Shown here piece by piece: positions 25,362 to 41,366 of a stretch of DNA of 64,000 bases. The first letter of the stretch is position 1; each line of letters starts with the position of its first letter. Origin of the DNA: the human T2T-CHM13v2.0 reference genome, Homo sapiens; the NCBI RefSeq assembly GCF_009914755.1, contig NC_060937.1, one strand, 5' to 3'. The translations under genes and the position numbers were made by a program. Below the pieces are notes generated by a model. It ran no database searches. It was not told the DNA's origin and saw only the letters and a program-made list of their open reading frames with translations.

Positions 25362-25630
25362 GCATGTTGGTTATCTATTGCTGCATAACAAATTACCACA
25401 AACTTGCTCAAAACAATGCATATTTACTTCACAGTTTCTGTGGGTCAGGAATCCAGTCACAGCTTAGTGACTTCTCTGCTCTAGGATGTCTCATGAGGCT
25501 GCAGTCAAGGTTGTCATCCAGGGCTGGGATCTCTTTTGAAGGCTTGACATGGGAAGGATCTGCTTCCAGGCTCTCATGGTGGTTGCCAGAATTCAGTTCC
25601 TTGCAGGTTGTTGGACTGAGGGCCTCAGTT
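25362..25630 (-). mobile_element. MLT1 (MaLR) LTR fragment
   Basis: 'tctattgctgcataacaaattaccacaaactt...cacagtttctgtgggtcaggaatcca'. Confidence 0.75.
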
Positions 25631-25849
25631 ACTGTCCTGTTACTGTCCTGTGCTCTGATGTTCTCTATCCTATTTCATTTACATTTAATTCATGAACTAC
25701 TAGTAGGTGTAGCAAACACAGCCTGCAGGATGCAGTGCAGAGTACATGGTGACCTGGCCTGCTCTCTCTTCCTTGTTTTCTGCCTCCTTATGCTCCCAGA
25801 CCTCTGTGCCTACACATGTCCTCCTTCTGCCTATACCCACCTTCCCCTA

Positions 25850-26150
25850 CTGTACCTGTCACCTTCCCAGCTCCTCTTTGCCCCTCAAGAATCAGCTCAG
25901 GCATTGCCTCTGGAACCCATTGCCTGACCCCAGTCTTCTTTCCATGTGCCCCATAGAACCCTGTGCCCCCACCATCACAGCACTTACTCTGAATTGAATC
26001 ATCTGTTCACTTCTCTGTTTTCCCACTAGACAAGTTCCTTAAGAATGGGGAGTAGGTCTCTACAGTTTCGTATCCCCAGCCCTAGCATAGTGCCTGACAT
26101 AAAGTCAAAACCTAATAGATGTTTCTTATATGAACAAATGAATGAATGTC
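25850..26150 (+). mobile_element. L2 3' end
   Basis: 'tatccccagccctagcatagtgcctgacata...aatgaatgaatg'. Confidence 0.7.
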
Positions 26151-26377
26151 ATAGAGATTAAGAATAGAGAAAGAAGTTCCTGATAACATTTATTGAAGAT
26201 CTATTATACATAGAGCACTGTGCTGGAGAGAATTATGAAAAAAATAGTGGAACTTGACAGTGCTAAATGAAAAAAAATAGGTATAAAATGACCTGTACTT
26301 ATAAATGAGGATTCTTTATATCTGCAACTAAGTACCATCAGATGTCTCACTGACAGTGGATTGAATGATGAAAGTGA

Positions 26378-26713
<336 letters not shown>

Positions 26714-27587
26714 TTTTTTTCTTAACTGATTCCCTATTTTCATCTCTTACGAGAGAAACCTCAGGCATTGCTCTTCTAACCCAGGTCTGCTCTCAAACAG
26801 AGAGACCCAGTGTTGAGCAAAAGAAAAGGGCTGTTCAAGTGATTTTTAATCAAGTACCCCACATGACTAATTCAGGTCCTCCAAAATAGTCCCAGGGAGC
26901 CAAAATGAGGTAATATGACATGTTGTGGACTTGAAGGGTGGTTAAGGACACATACAGCCACTGCTTCAGATGCCGCTGTGAGGCAGAAAATTCAGGAATG
27001 CAGTAGAGGAGGGGAATGTGAACCCAGAATGCACTCAGTGTCTCTCCTTCAGACGCTTTTTTGACCCTCGGAAGCCTGGTCTGCTCAGGTCAATTCTGCA
27101 ACCCTGGATGTTGAATTAGTGAATAAACAAACTAGGTCAAAAACAAATGCAGACTATATTAAAAAGAATAAGATATGTTCTCCTTGTTTTGGGCTTAATT
27201 TAAAATCCTAAGAGCAGGATAACAGCATCATAAATAACATGACCTCTCTCAAACTACTGCCTTCTCCTACTAGTTATAATAATAGCAACAGCTTATATTT
27301 GTATCTATTTTTATAGTCTGTGAGACGCTTTATCTTTTTTCAGCTTATTTGAGCTCAGAGCAGCCTTGTAAAATAGGTACAAGTATTATACCCATTTTGT
27401 AGGTGAGGAAACTGAGGTTCACAGAGGTTAAACAACTGTGGATCACACAGCAACTGACTAGGACTGTTTGGGATTCTAAGGTATAATAGTGCCAATTTGT
27501 TGAAAGGGAATAGCAACAAAAAAACTTGGACTCTAACCCCAAGTCTGCCAGCTATTAAGGTGTATGATCTTGGACATGTCGTTTACC

Positions 27588-28259
<672 letters not shown>

Positions 28260-28546
28260 TCACAGGGTGCCTATGAGGACAAAAAAGGTGGTATATGTGA
28301 AAGTGCTTCATAACTGAGCTGGTAATCCATAGATGTCTGGTATTAGCAATGTTTTCTAATAAAATAATAAGAGTAATACTCGTTATAACCTCTTTGCTTT
28401 GACAGTGCCTTTCATTGCAGCCATTCAGTAATTTTGCAGCTTATTATCACCTGTATAACACCCCTGTTGCTACCATGTCTAAAGGTGCACAAGCAGCCAG
28501 CCAGTGAGGGAAGGGGAAGGTCTTTCTTCTCAGCATGTCTTTAGAG

Positions 28547-28721
28547 CAGTGATTCTCTAAGTTGTAGCACACTGGAATCCCCTGGGGAGCTTCACACATG
28601 CAGGTGTCTAGGTCCCACCCTGGCCAATTAAAATTTAATCTGGTGGGGAGGAACTGGGCACCAGTATTTTTTTAAAGTTTCCCAAGTGATTCTAATATGC
28701 AGCCAAGGTTGGCAACCACTG
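28547..28721. mobile_element. MER5A (hAT-Charlie MITE)
   Basis: Termini CAGTGATTCTC...GCAACCACTG. Confidence 0.8.
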
Positions 28722-29438
28722 CTCTTTGGACTATTTGTACATCTCAGTGGCTGCTGAAAGTGATCACAGTTTTAAAAGAACACAGCTTGTGGTTCTGGAA
28801 AAATCCATCTGCTTTTTCCAGAAATGTAGTACGTAAGTCAAATAGGTCTGAGGTCACTTGGGAGAGAAATCCAAGAGTTGGACTGAGAGCTCAAACCACA
28901 AAGATTCTAAATGCCACCATCACTTAGATAGCTGCCCTTTTTCCTGAACTGCCACTGTTGACAGATAAGATGGTGCACACAGCGAGAATCTGAGCAGCAC
29001 AGAGCCCCCCATCCCCATCACTGTTCCTCCACTAAGCTCCCCTTGAAAACATTCCACAGGACTTCCTATTCACGGTGATTAGAAAAGTGAATACCTCCTA
29101 TTTTAAAAGAAAAAAATCTCAGAGGATAAGCACGTAGCCGACGAGTGGCCAATTCTGTAATTTTCCCCATGGATAATAAGGAAATAATCATACATTATTT
29201 AATAATGTATTTTTCCATTGAATTCCAATGTGTCTACAAATTATACATGTTTTATATGATGTTTCACTTTAGGGTTAAGCCAAATAAGCATACATTTATT
29301 TTATAAATATAAATATATTATCTATTAAAATAGTTTCTAGTAAAAACATAGGTTTAGCTATTTGACTCAAATTTCTTAAAGAAGCCATAGTTAGAAGAAA
29401 ATATCCACTAGAGTATACTAGACTTTATGTCTTCGCAG

Positions 29439-29601
29439 GAGAAGTAACACTTCCTCATCTGTTTACCTCTCAACTCCCTTCTCCAACTAGAAATGAAGAC
29501 ACAAGATAATAAAAGGATTTGACTTTTCAGTATCCCTTTCGAACTGGGCACCACCCAGAAGAAAGATTCTGTTAACTACTCCCTTTAGAAATTATCTCAA
29601 G
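29439..29601 (+). ncRNA. Candidate 163-nt internal exon of a non-coding transcript
   Basis: Acceptor ctttatgtcttcgcag|G and consensus donor AAG|GTGAGT; no recognisable coding content. Confidence 0.35.
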
Positions 29602-30344
29602 GTGAGTTGCATGTCTCATTTGATCACTTCTTTTACAAGACTGGAAACAATTTGTATGGAGTAAACTCCTGTTACCAGACCTGGAGGCTTAAATAATGAA
29701 GAGGTTTATCTCTCATCTGAGAAGAGTTTATAGTCCGCAGCAATAGCCTGGAGACAAATACACCTCTGGGATCCCACAAAGGCGGTAATTAGGCAGCATT
29801 TTATTGTGATGCAGTGAGTGTGCAAAGGACAGAGCTGGACTACTCTTAGGAACAAAATTGGCTTCCTGGAGAGCCGACAGAAGAAATCTGGCAACCTAAA
29901 AATATTTAAAGAGCTTACGACCCCCAAGGGAGAATTTCCAGCTATTAAAGTAGAAAAGATTAAACATTTGCTGGGCTTGAAAAGGAGATTTTTAATGGAA
30001 ACACTCAGGAAAATACAGTTTAGATAGAGAATCTTAAAAAAAAAAAAAAAGATCAGACCTGTCATATACAGAGCAATCAAATGGGAGACTTTATATTTTC
30101 TTCGTAATGACATAAGAAAAAGGATCTAAAAATAGATCCTACCGATAATGAACTCTTCCTTCTCCTGCGTTTATTAGAATATAACACCTTCATTACAGAG
30201 AGGACATGTTCCTACTCACCATCTCACAGGCATAAATCTTGACATGGTCTTCACACCCTTTTCCTCTGGCCCCTAATTACAATTCTGCTATTTATTTCTC
30301 AACACAGCCTACATTTCATGTGTTTCTCGTATGAATGAGTTGCA

Positions 30345-30570
30345 GTGTGTGCTGTGGTTAAGCTGGTGGGCACCAGGCCCAGCTCCCTCAAGTCTGGCTT
30401 TCTGACCTTGCCAATGACTTCACCCTTTGTGCCTTAGTTTCCGTGGCTATAGAATGGGGATAATAATAGCACCAGTCTCTGTGTGTTGTCAGGAGGATTA
30501 AGGCACAGCATAGCACTGAGGAAAGTGCACAACACTCAGTAAAAACACAATAAATGTTCATCATTATTGT
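30345..30570 (+). mobile_element. MIR
   Basis: 'tgaccttgccaatgacttcaccctttgtgccttagtttcc...aatggggataataatagc'. Confidence 0.75.
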
Positions 30571-30759
30571 CACTACTCTGCATCCCCTTAGTGCCTATAA
30601 AAATAGCATATTTTTAAAATAAAAAAACAAGATACATGGTCTAACAAAAGATTGTTTTCAGATTCATGGATTTATGTGGAAAGTCTCAAGACATTTAGTT
30701 ATACATTAAGGTATCTTTTTTATTACTGTAATTACTCAACAATCCTAAAATCCAAGAAG

Positions 30760-31340
30760 TATTCCACAGCATGGTCCCTGACCTTCAAGCAGTTTATATT
30801 CCACTTGAGAGACAGAACATATGCCCATGAACTATTAAACACAAATCCAAAGCAGTTCATGATTATGTATAAAATGAGTAGTTCAGAAGGTGAGAACTAC
30901 AAAAATGGGGAGAGGGAATTCTGAGGGAATCAAGTCTCCATTGTGTGCATGAAGTTGATAGAGAACTTCATTTGGACCATGAAATAAAGGTAAGGAAAAT
31001 GAAGGGATTTTCCAGCAGGCAGGAAGACATGAAGGTAAGAGCAAGTCAACAGAGCCGTTCATCTGCCGCAGGTGATTTGCCTCTGAAATTAGGTGACATC
31101 GGTGGATGAGGCACAGGTTATGCAGTTGAGGGGTTCAAATGCCAGAGGGAAGATTCTGACTTCACCCTGAGAGTCTCTGAAGTTTTGTTAGTTGGAAAGT
31201 GGCATAAACACAGATGCAATATAGGTTTATATGGGGAGAGACAGGAGTCAAGGAGAAACGCTGATGGTTTTTAATAATAATCTAGGTATAACTCAGACGG
31301 GGCCTACCAGGGTGGGGACATTGGGAACATAAAGGAAGTG
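30760..31340 (-). mobile_element. L2 fragment
   Basis: 'catggtccctgaccttcaagcagtttatattc' and purine-rich antisense L2-like sequence. Confidence 0.55.
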
Positions 31341-32728
31341 ACAGACAGCCGTGAAAGCATGACAAAGACTCATCCCCTTCGCTCCATTCTCACAGCCCAA
31401 ATCCTCCCAGAGCAGCCTTTGCTATCTGAGCACACCAAGCCAAGTTCAGGAGCACCAGATGCCAGATGCACCTCCAAGGTTTTCCAAGGTCCTTGTGGAC
31501 AGTCTCATCCTGATTTCCATTTACTCCCACTTGCCTTTCTATCATGTGTACCCGATAGATTCCAAAAATAGAAAATCATATGTCTCCCTCCTTCTAAAAG
31601 CATGTAGTATTTTCCAGTTGTGTAGGCTTTCTAAAAATATTTTTACTCATATTGATGAATAATTTTAAATTAATAAGTCATTAGTAATTTAGTAGTTTTA
31701 AAAGTTAGACTGGTGTACACTTTAAATGGGTGCAACTTATTGTACCTAAATCAGTCCTCAGTAAAGTTCATGAGAAAAATAAATAGGTTTAATGATTGAG
31801 GATACAGAGAGGTGGCAATTATTTGAAAGTCAAGTTAAAGAAGCTCAATTAGCCAGTTACCTTTGTCCCCAGGCATTAACTACTGTGGTTTGGAAGTTCA
31901 TGTGTCATTTGTTATATGCGTGATAACATATACTGTGTCACGGGATTGTTTCTTATGCAAGATTAACAAAATGTGATACCCAGAACAACCAAGTTCTATC
32001 TCTATGAGGACGGGGACTTGAAACTACATTTAACTGCATTTACTTGGCACCTCATTGGAGTAGCCTTGGATAGTAGCTCAAAGTGATGATTAGTCTAGAT
32101 AACCTCTTAAAATGCCTTTCAACTCAGCAAGTAACATATGGATTAGTGTTCTCTAATCCATATGTTTAGAGTTTAATAATGGAGATAGCAGCACGTAGAG
32201 AAATGTGATTCAAAGAGTGGTCTCCGGATTGGCAGCGTGGGCGTCACCTGGGAGCCTGTGTTAGACATTCTTGAGCTTCACCTGCCTCCTCCCAAATCAG
32301 TGGGGATGGGGCTAGGAATCTAGCAATTGTGTTTTATATCGGCAACGGGGAAGCTCTGTGTGTGTGCACGCCTGTGTGTGAGCCGTAGTCCACATCGGGT
32401 GGGAAGCAGAAACATAATGAAGAGTCACATGGCTAAAAATAAGATAGATTTAGTTGATTTTTATAGTAATAGGTATGGAATATTCCTCTAATTATTTTTA
32501 GATTTTAGACTTACTATTTCCAGTCAAAATTCAACATCAGTTAAATATATACCATAAGTACTATCTTACAGTAATTCCCAGGAAAGGAAGAAAGAAGATA
32601 AAGAGAAGGTAGTGAAAAAGAGTGGGAAGAATTAATTTAATTCACATATTGGTCTAAGCACTCAGAAACAAATATGTTGCTATATGATTAGTACTGCTGT
32701 CATTTGGGGGAGCGAGAGTACCCTTTAA

Positions 32729-33131
<403 letters not shown>

Positions 33132-33329
33132 TAGTCTAACCTCCCACACATTGCAGGAACCCCTCCCTGGTCATCGTCTCCGGACGGAGTCACACAGCCT
33201 CTGCTTTGGCATCTGTCTTGTATGCTGCCTTACAAACCTTACAGCTGCCCTCACGCTTTGCATCTGTGAATGTGGACTCTCCTTCTTCGGGTGCCTTGCT
33301 CTGCATGGTTCAGTGCCTTCGCTGTGCTC

Positions 33330-34410
33330 TTCTACCTGAAATCTCCTGCCTCTACTTGTCTACCAGGAAAACCCTAACCGACCACCAAGCCTCAGCTCAA
33401 ATGCTGTGTCCTATGGAAGTTCCTCTAGGCAGATTTAGTGGCTGCTTCTGCTGGACCTCCCATAGACACACACACACCTTTGTCCACACATCCATTATAA
33501 CCACTATCTTTTCTCATTGCATATGCTTATTATGTTCAAATTCATCTCCCCACTAGACTAAGTCCCTTGAGGCCAGGAATGATGTCTTACCTTTGCATTC
33601 TCAGCAGCTAGTCTATTGCCCAGTAATAAAGTATTACTTAATGAATACATCAAATGAATGTATGAATAAGTGATACCTAAACAAAGTTCTACAGGAGCCT
33701 AGAAATGGGAGCTATAACCGGTGACTGGCCACACTGAAGAAGCAGCATTTGACCTTGTATTGAAGAACAAGTTTGATTTTGCTTGGCAGAAAAAAAAAAG
33801 GAGAGGACTATAAGCAGAAGAATAACAAGAACAAAGGCATAGGAGTGGGCAAATCCGTGGTCTTCTCAGAGAGCACCTCATGTTACAGGTCCAGTGGAAG
33901 ACAGACATGAAAGAGGAAGTTTGGACCAGAATAATGTATGTGCTAAGGAGCTGTGGGCCTTATTCTGGACATAATAAAGAACCATGAAAAAATTTTGAAT
34001 AGGGAAAAGTCATGACCAGATACATGACTTGATTGGAGGTTGGTTAGAAGGAAATTGCTATGATCTGGGCAATTGAAGTAAGTGAAAGCCTGATAGAGTT
34101 GCAGCAGCAGTAGGAGGAGGGAAACCAAGTAAATTTGAGAAGCATTTTGGAAATAGGATCAAGATGACTTGGCAACCAATTGAATATGGGAAGTGAGGAA
34201 CCAGTGAAGCTGAAGCTTGGCCAAGCTTTCTGACCTGGCAACTGAGTGAACACTCAGACAACACCACCTACAACTATATCGTCTTTACAGGCAGATTGGA
34301 AGCTCTGAGAGAGTAAGGCCCTTGCTCTTGGTGTATCCTCTACATCTCTTGTAGCTCCTAACACTGACCGTGCATTCAGAGGTTCCTAGTAAACATTTGT
34401 TGAAAGAATT
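33330..34410. mobile_element. L2 fragments in both orientations
   Basis: 'ccccactagactaagtcccttgaggccagg...aatgaatg'; 'gatgacttggcaaccaattgaatatggg'. Confidence 0.6.
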
Positions 34411-35519
34411 GATGATGTTTCTTATACTCACCAAATATGTCAAAAAGGAAAATATAATACAATGTCTTTTCTTCAGAGACATTTTCAAATTCTCAGCATG
34501 TTTTTCCACCACAAATGAATTCACAACTATCTCATTCAACTTGTACACCCACAAAAGTGACCCATTGTTGCACAAACTGAAATCTCCTTTAAGATTGTGT
34601 GTGTGCTGGGGAGGACAGTCAAACGGTTGGTATTTTTACTTTTTTTTTTTTTTTTTTGGAGAGAGGGCTATGATATTTTTGGTCCTCTGAAAATGAATCC
34701 AAAACAATAAAACAAGCTGAATGTTTTCCTCTAGTGGAAAGAAAGAAAGCAAACCTACTACAGGTAAATTGAAATCTTCAAACAGACCCATAACACACTG
34801 CTGAGACATTCTTGAGATGATGGCTTTAGTTAGACTGGGGCCACACATCTTTACATTTCTTCATTCACCTGGCAGGACTAATGAGATTTTATGGCGGGCA
34901 AGCTGTTTATCCCTTGGGTGACATTGGCAAGCACATCTATATCTTTATCAATCAAGGGTTTTCTGCACTGCAACTCCCACCCCCAACCCAAAGATTGCCC
35001 CAGCCTGGATCACAACATTTACAACACGTAAGAACCTCATTCCTTTTCATCAACACTCCACCCATCACTTTCTGTTACCTAGATCTAATCATGTGTGTCC
35101 TAACATCACATTGCTCCATAACAAGGGGCAGGAAGAAGAAATGAATAAAAGGAAAAGAAAAAAAGGTTTCGATGGTACCTGCAAGTTGATGCAGAGCTGA
35201 CAGCTCCATGGCTAGAATATTATATTTGCCCAATAGAACAATAGGTCTGCTGGCAAGCTGTTACCTACAGTACTGTATCTGCTGAACAGGTGGAAAAAGC
35301 TCTCTTCCCCTCTGCAGTGGTTTAGGAACATGAGGAGGTGACCACCACTCCAGTTTGGAAACAAGGATTTGGTTCCCCTTTGTAGCTTTCATATTGCCTG
35401 AATTCACCTGCAATGTCTATTTTCAGTACTTAATAAATACTCATATACACATGAACATACAAACTCACATATTTAACAATTGCCATCATAAACTCTCAGG
35501 ATGATGTATCCATTCTACC

Positions 35520-37490
35520 TTTGCAACCTGGAAAATGTCCCCAGATCTCAGACCAAGGAGATACTGGGGAAATGGCTCTGCAAAAATCCAGGAACAGGTT
35601 TTGGTTCTGGTTCTCCCATAGAATATATCTATAACACCTGGACAGAATGCTTGGGGCAGCTGCTTGAGAACTCTTGAAAAAGTAAACAGTAGCAGGTAGA
35701 TTGTGGGAGAAAACCAGAATTCAAAAGTATCACCAATTGACTGTGGATTTACCATGTTTACCCTCTGTATTCCCTGGACAGGACTCAAGGCAGCCTTTGT
35801 GACAGGGAGGGTTCCAGCATAAACCTTCTAGTTCAGACTCAAGGTGAGAGAAGAGTCTTCTGGCAGTGGCAGCCACAGCATGGAAGGCCCACAGCACAGA
35901 ATATGCTGTCGAAGCGGGACCTTCCTCTTCAATCAAAGGAATCATGGTCCCAAGACCATGCTTTTTCTTTTCTCTGGGCTCCCACCACTTGGTCCTGGAC
36001 AGGGCAGAGTCACAGTGAGTGCACAGAAGAGCAGGGTGATAAGGCTCCAGTTTTCTGGATGGATAGCCAAAAAGGTGAATCCTGGGAAACTGGAAAGTGC
36101 CAGGGAGATGGTAGAGAGAAAGGAGCTTGGGAAAACGAACCCAGACAGTTATTTGCTGGCTTGTGGGCACACCCTTGAGCTGTGCATTCTTGGATTTGAT
36201 CACAAACATCATAACAGAGACTTTGAGAACTGAATTAACAGCTACATCGCTATCTAGGTCCCATCCTGACCATGAAATAATAGGCACCCAGGAGAAACGT
36301 GAACAGGACCACAGTGACTTTGAAAATAGAACTGACATTGCAACCACAACCACAGAAAGCTGATCAGAACTTGCAGTCTAAACCAATTGTGTCAATTGCC
36401 TGCTAAAAAAACATAAGTAAATGAACAAACCTGTACAGATTGAAACAAGACCTAGTGTCTCATAATATAATATTCAAAATGCTCATGATATGCTTCAAAA
36501 CTAGTCGCCATGTGAACCAGGAAAATCTCAACTCATGAGAGAAAAGACAATCAATGGATGTCAATATGAAGAAAACACAAATGTGATAGTTATTTGACAA
36601 GAAATTAAAGCAACTTTTATAAAAGTGCTCTAAGAAGTAAGAACCAACACTCTAGAAAGCTTTAGCAAAGAGAATAAAGATTGAGAAAAGTAAAAATTAA
36701 AAAAAAAATTAAAAACCACCCAGAACTTCAGGGTCCTGTGAAACAATTCCCCAAAAGCCTAATATTTGTGTCATCAGAGCTCCAAAAGGACAGGAAAAAG
36801 TGTGGTACAGAAAAATACTCAAAAAATAAAGACTGGAAACTTCCCAAATTTGGCAAAAAGCACAAACCTATGGAAATTCAGTGAACTCCAAACAGGACAA
36901 ACCCAGAGGAACCTATGCCCAAACATTCTAATGAAACTGCTAAGAACTAAAACCAGCCCCGAAAATATTAAAACAGTCAGAGAAAACCAACACACTATTT
37001 ATAGAGGAACAATTAAATGACTGTGGAATTCTCATCTAAAACAATTGGAGGCAAGATGATAAAATGCTGAAAGAAAAAAAATTGTCACCCTAGAATTCTA
37101 TATTCTAAGAAAATATCCTTCAGGAATGAAGGTGGAATAAGAACATTATCAGATACATGAAAAATAAGAGAATTTTTGGCAGCAGTCGTGCTGTAGAATA
37201 ATTACTAAAGAAAGATCTACAGACAGTTACCTCGTGTGAAAGAAACTAGACTCAAAAGGTTATGTACTGTAATGATTTCATTTATATAGCAATTTCAAAA
37301 ATAAAAATTTGGCAACAGAGAATAGATCAGTGGTTGCTAGGGTTCGGGGTGGGATGAGGGTGTGATTAAAATGGGACAGCATGAAGACATTTTGGTGTGA
37401 TGAAGCTGTTCTGCAACCTGATTCTCTACACTCATTAAAAGGCGTAGAATTCTACACACACCCAAGGTCAATCTTGCTGCATGTTAATTT
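35520..37490 (+). mobile_element. Old L1 (L1M4/L1MC-like) 5' region and ORF1, followed by a 3'-end piece
   Basis: 'ctagaattctatattctaagaaaatatccttcaggaatgaaggtggaataagaacatt' (ORF1 C-terminus); 'gaatagatcagtggttgctaggg' (3' UTR). Confidence 0.75.
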
Positions 37491-38202
37491 TTTTTAGGCC
37501 AATAAACAAGAGATGTTCCTCTCTAAGAACCTTCTAGTCTAAATAATACTGAATAATACTTCACCACCTTCCTTGGACACCTGCTTGTGAAGGTCATTGA
37601 CAAGGCCAATGCCCGGTTGTTTCTGCTGCCCTTGAGTGTGCAGCTCACAGCTGAATTTACCCTCCCCACCTGCCCCACTGCCAGTTCAAGCTCAGAAAAT
37701 ATCACACGTTTGAGCTGAACAATGAATAAGAAGTCAGGAGGCATTTTGTGGGACTGCCCTCTTCTACAAAATCTATAAAGCTCACCTCCCTTCGCCCCTC
37801 CTGAGAAACAAGATAAGAAAAAAAACCATTGAACTTATGAAGATCAGGACTTATATATCTAGGTGTCACCTCATCATTGGAGCACCCACTTCTGTGTTTC
37901 CTTCCTAGCTGCTGCACCCCAAAATGTGCAGCAAAGCCCCAGCAGGCCCTGGAGCCCCTACCTGCTGCACTACCCTACCACTCCACTGATGTCTAGAGTA
38001 TTTCTCTTGCAGCAGATATCCTTTTGGTCAAAGTAATAATTGTCCTTTTGTATCAGGTGGTTGGTATTCTTATTTTCGCCTTTGGCAGACCCATAGGAGG
38101 AAAAGAGAATCGCATGTTTGCAGGAGAAGGGATAAAATAAAAATAAGACCTTAGGCATTGCTCTAATACTGCAGTTCTGCATTGTTTAAAAACCGTGTTT
38201 GT

Positions 38203-38490
38203 GGCTGGGCGCGGTGGCTCATGCCTGTAATCCCCACACTTTGGGAGGCCAAGGCGGGAGGATCATGAGGTCAGGAGATCGAGACCATCCTGGCTAACAT
38301 GATGAAACCCCATCTTTACTCAAAATACACAAAAAATTAGCCAGGCATGGTGGCAGGCACCTGTAGTCACAGCTACTCAGGAGGCTGAGGCAGGAGAATG
38401 GCATGAACCTGGGAGGCTGGAGCTTGCAGTGAGCCGAGATCACGCCTCTCCAGCCTGGGCAACAGAGAGAGACTCCATCTCAAAAAAAAA
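38203..38490 (+). mobile_element. AluY-like
   Basis: 'gagatcgagaccatcctggctaac', 'gagaatggcatgaacc', 'gagcttgcagt'; TSD aaaac(c/t)gtgtttgt. Confidence 0.9.
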
Positions 38491-39114
38491 AGCAAAACTG
38501 TGTTTGTGTGACTCTTTCCCCCTTAAGGCAGGCATTATGCCTTACTCAGTTTTGTGTCTCCAGGGAACTGCACAGTGATAGACATGTGGAGGCACTCATA
38601 GAGATATAGGTTGTAAGTAAGTGAATGCATGCACCCATGGCTGAATAAATGAACCGTGTGACTGATACAATTCTGCAAATACAGCAGATGCCCAAGTGGG
38701 TCTCTTAGCTCTGACAGCAGGCAAAGGTGGTGGTGATCCAGTGGCCTAGAGAGGGCAGGGTGCCAATGGAGGGCTCCAGTCTGGTAACAGGAAGGCAGGA
38801 GAATTGGGCCACAGCAGGCACCTCATCCCCCTGCCCCCCTGCCCCATGGATTGGCACGAGCAGTCCATCTCTAGGCTGAGCAGAAGGAAGGAAATCACAG
38901 CAGAAAACATAGTCCTGGTGAGATGCTCTAAAGTCAATATTCGAACGAAAACATCACTCCTCTACAGTGTTTCCTGTTCCATGAGATGCTCCTTCAAATA
39001 ATGTCCCCTCCTCAAACACGTTTAAAAAACACTCTAGGCTGTGTCTCCTTCTTAAAGATGCACAATACATATTTGCTTATTAAATCCTCTGGAAAGCCGC
39101 AGAGTAAAGAAATG

Positions 39115-39528
39115 TTTAATTTTTTAATATATAGTTGAGGTAGAATGAACATATGCACAGGTCTTGTATTCAACTCAATAATATTTGAGAGTTTAATGCT
39201 CAGTTTACTGCTACCCAAAACAAGATGTAGAACATTTCCATCACCCCAGAAAGTTTCTCCATGCCCGATTCCAGCCAACCCACTGTCCGCACTCAGAGAC
39301 AACCACTGTCTTACCGCTCATCAGCATCATCTGCCTTTGCTTGTTCTTGGACTATGCCACATGTATTTTTGTGTGGCTTGCTTCTTTTGCTCAGTGTGAA
39401 GATATTTTAGTTGTGTCAATGCTGTTGTGTATATTAGTAGTTCTTTTTTTCATTGTTGAGTTGTATTGCATTGTGTATGTAAATAAGTGTGATAGATTAT
39501 ATACATCTATATTGTAATATATAGAGAG

Positions 39529-39575
<47 letters not shown>

Positions 39576-39800
39576 CTCATAATTTGTTTATCCATTTTCC
39601 TGTTGATGGATATTTGGGTGGTTTCCAAGTTTTGACTATAATGAGTAAGGCTGGTATGAACATTCTTATGTAAGTCTTTTTGTAGACATATGTTTTCATT
39701 TTTCTTGGGTAAACATGTAGAAGTGAAATTGCTGGACCATAGGGTATATATGTTCAATGTTATAAAAACTGCCAAACAGCTCTCCAAAGTGGTTGCACCT
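39115..39800 (-). mobile_element. L1M 3'-end fragment containing a (TA)n microsatellite at ~39530-39568
   Basis: 'ttgatggatatttgggtggtttccaag...aattgctggaccatagggta'. Confidence 0.8.
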
Positions 39801-40429
39801 GTTTAACTTTTTAAACTTAGTATTTCCTTTGTTCATTTGACCACAGAGCCCCACAGATCTGTAAAATGAGCAGGTTGGACCAGACAGCTTTTAAGATTCT
39901 TTCCAGCTTTATGCAGTGATAGAGGCCAAGGCATTCAGGAGTGGAGTTGATCAAGGTCAGGATTTGTCTTCTTTCATAAATCGTGTAGGCAAGAGCAAAT
40001 GACACGAAACCCAGAATAACCAAATGTTGGGAGTAGGAAGATAGAAAACATTGCTGAGTCCAGGGAGTGGAGAAGAGGTAATAACTAGCAGGTAGTCACC
40101 TGGACAGAGGCATGAAAGAGGAAATATTTAAGCCAGAAGGAATCTGAGGTAGAAACAATTAAAGCAGAAACCACGGTATACAGAAGACTCCGGCAGTGTT
40201 TAAGAAGTTTCTTTGGCCCAGGGGCATCAATAATGATAAGACATTCAGAAAACTCTTCAAGACCACTGTTTTCAAAAAAGGGGGAGTTGTAGAGAGGATT
40301 TGGGGCACAACTGAAAATAAGGTACAGTAAAACTATTCATTTTCATTCAATTTATTAGGAATTTAAGTTTTAAATGACATATTACTGTTGGGATATAATT
40401 ATCTGTGGATCTCTTGCATTTCTGTATTG

Positions 40430-40763
<334 letters not shown>

Positions 40764-40981
40764 TGAGTAGAAACACTGCCTGTCCTTTGCTCTGGCCTAT
40801 CTTTTGAAGGATGTTTCTGTAGTGAACAAACTTGAAAACAGAGATCATATGTACCTTGGGAGCAAAGGGTAGGTTTGCCTACATCCTTGGAAGATAGAGA
40901 TAATAAGTAATCCTGAAATCAAGGGCGTGCATGCTTACTGCCCTTTGTTCAGGTCCCCTAAGCTCAGAATTCCTGTCCTAA

Positions 40982-41366
<385 letters not shown>

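Noticed and set aside
25298-25927. 209-aa ORF
   Set aside because: No ATG start; it runs across MLT1 and L2 remnants with no recognisable domain
35730-36353. 207-aa minus-strand ORF and overlapping plus-strand ORFs
   Set aside because: They lie in a decayed L1 5' region and are best explained as chance ORFs
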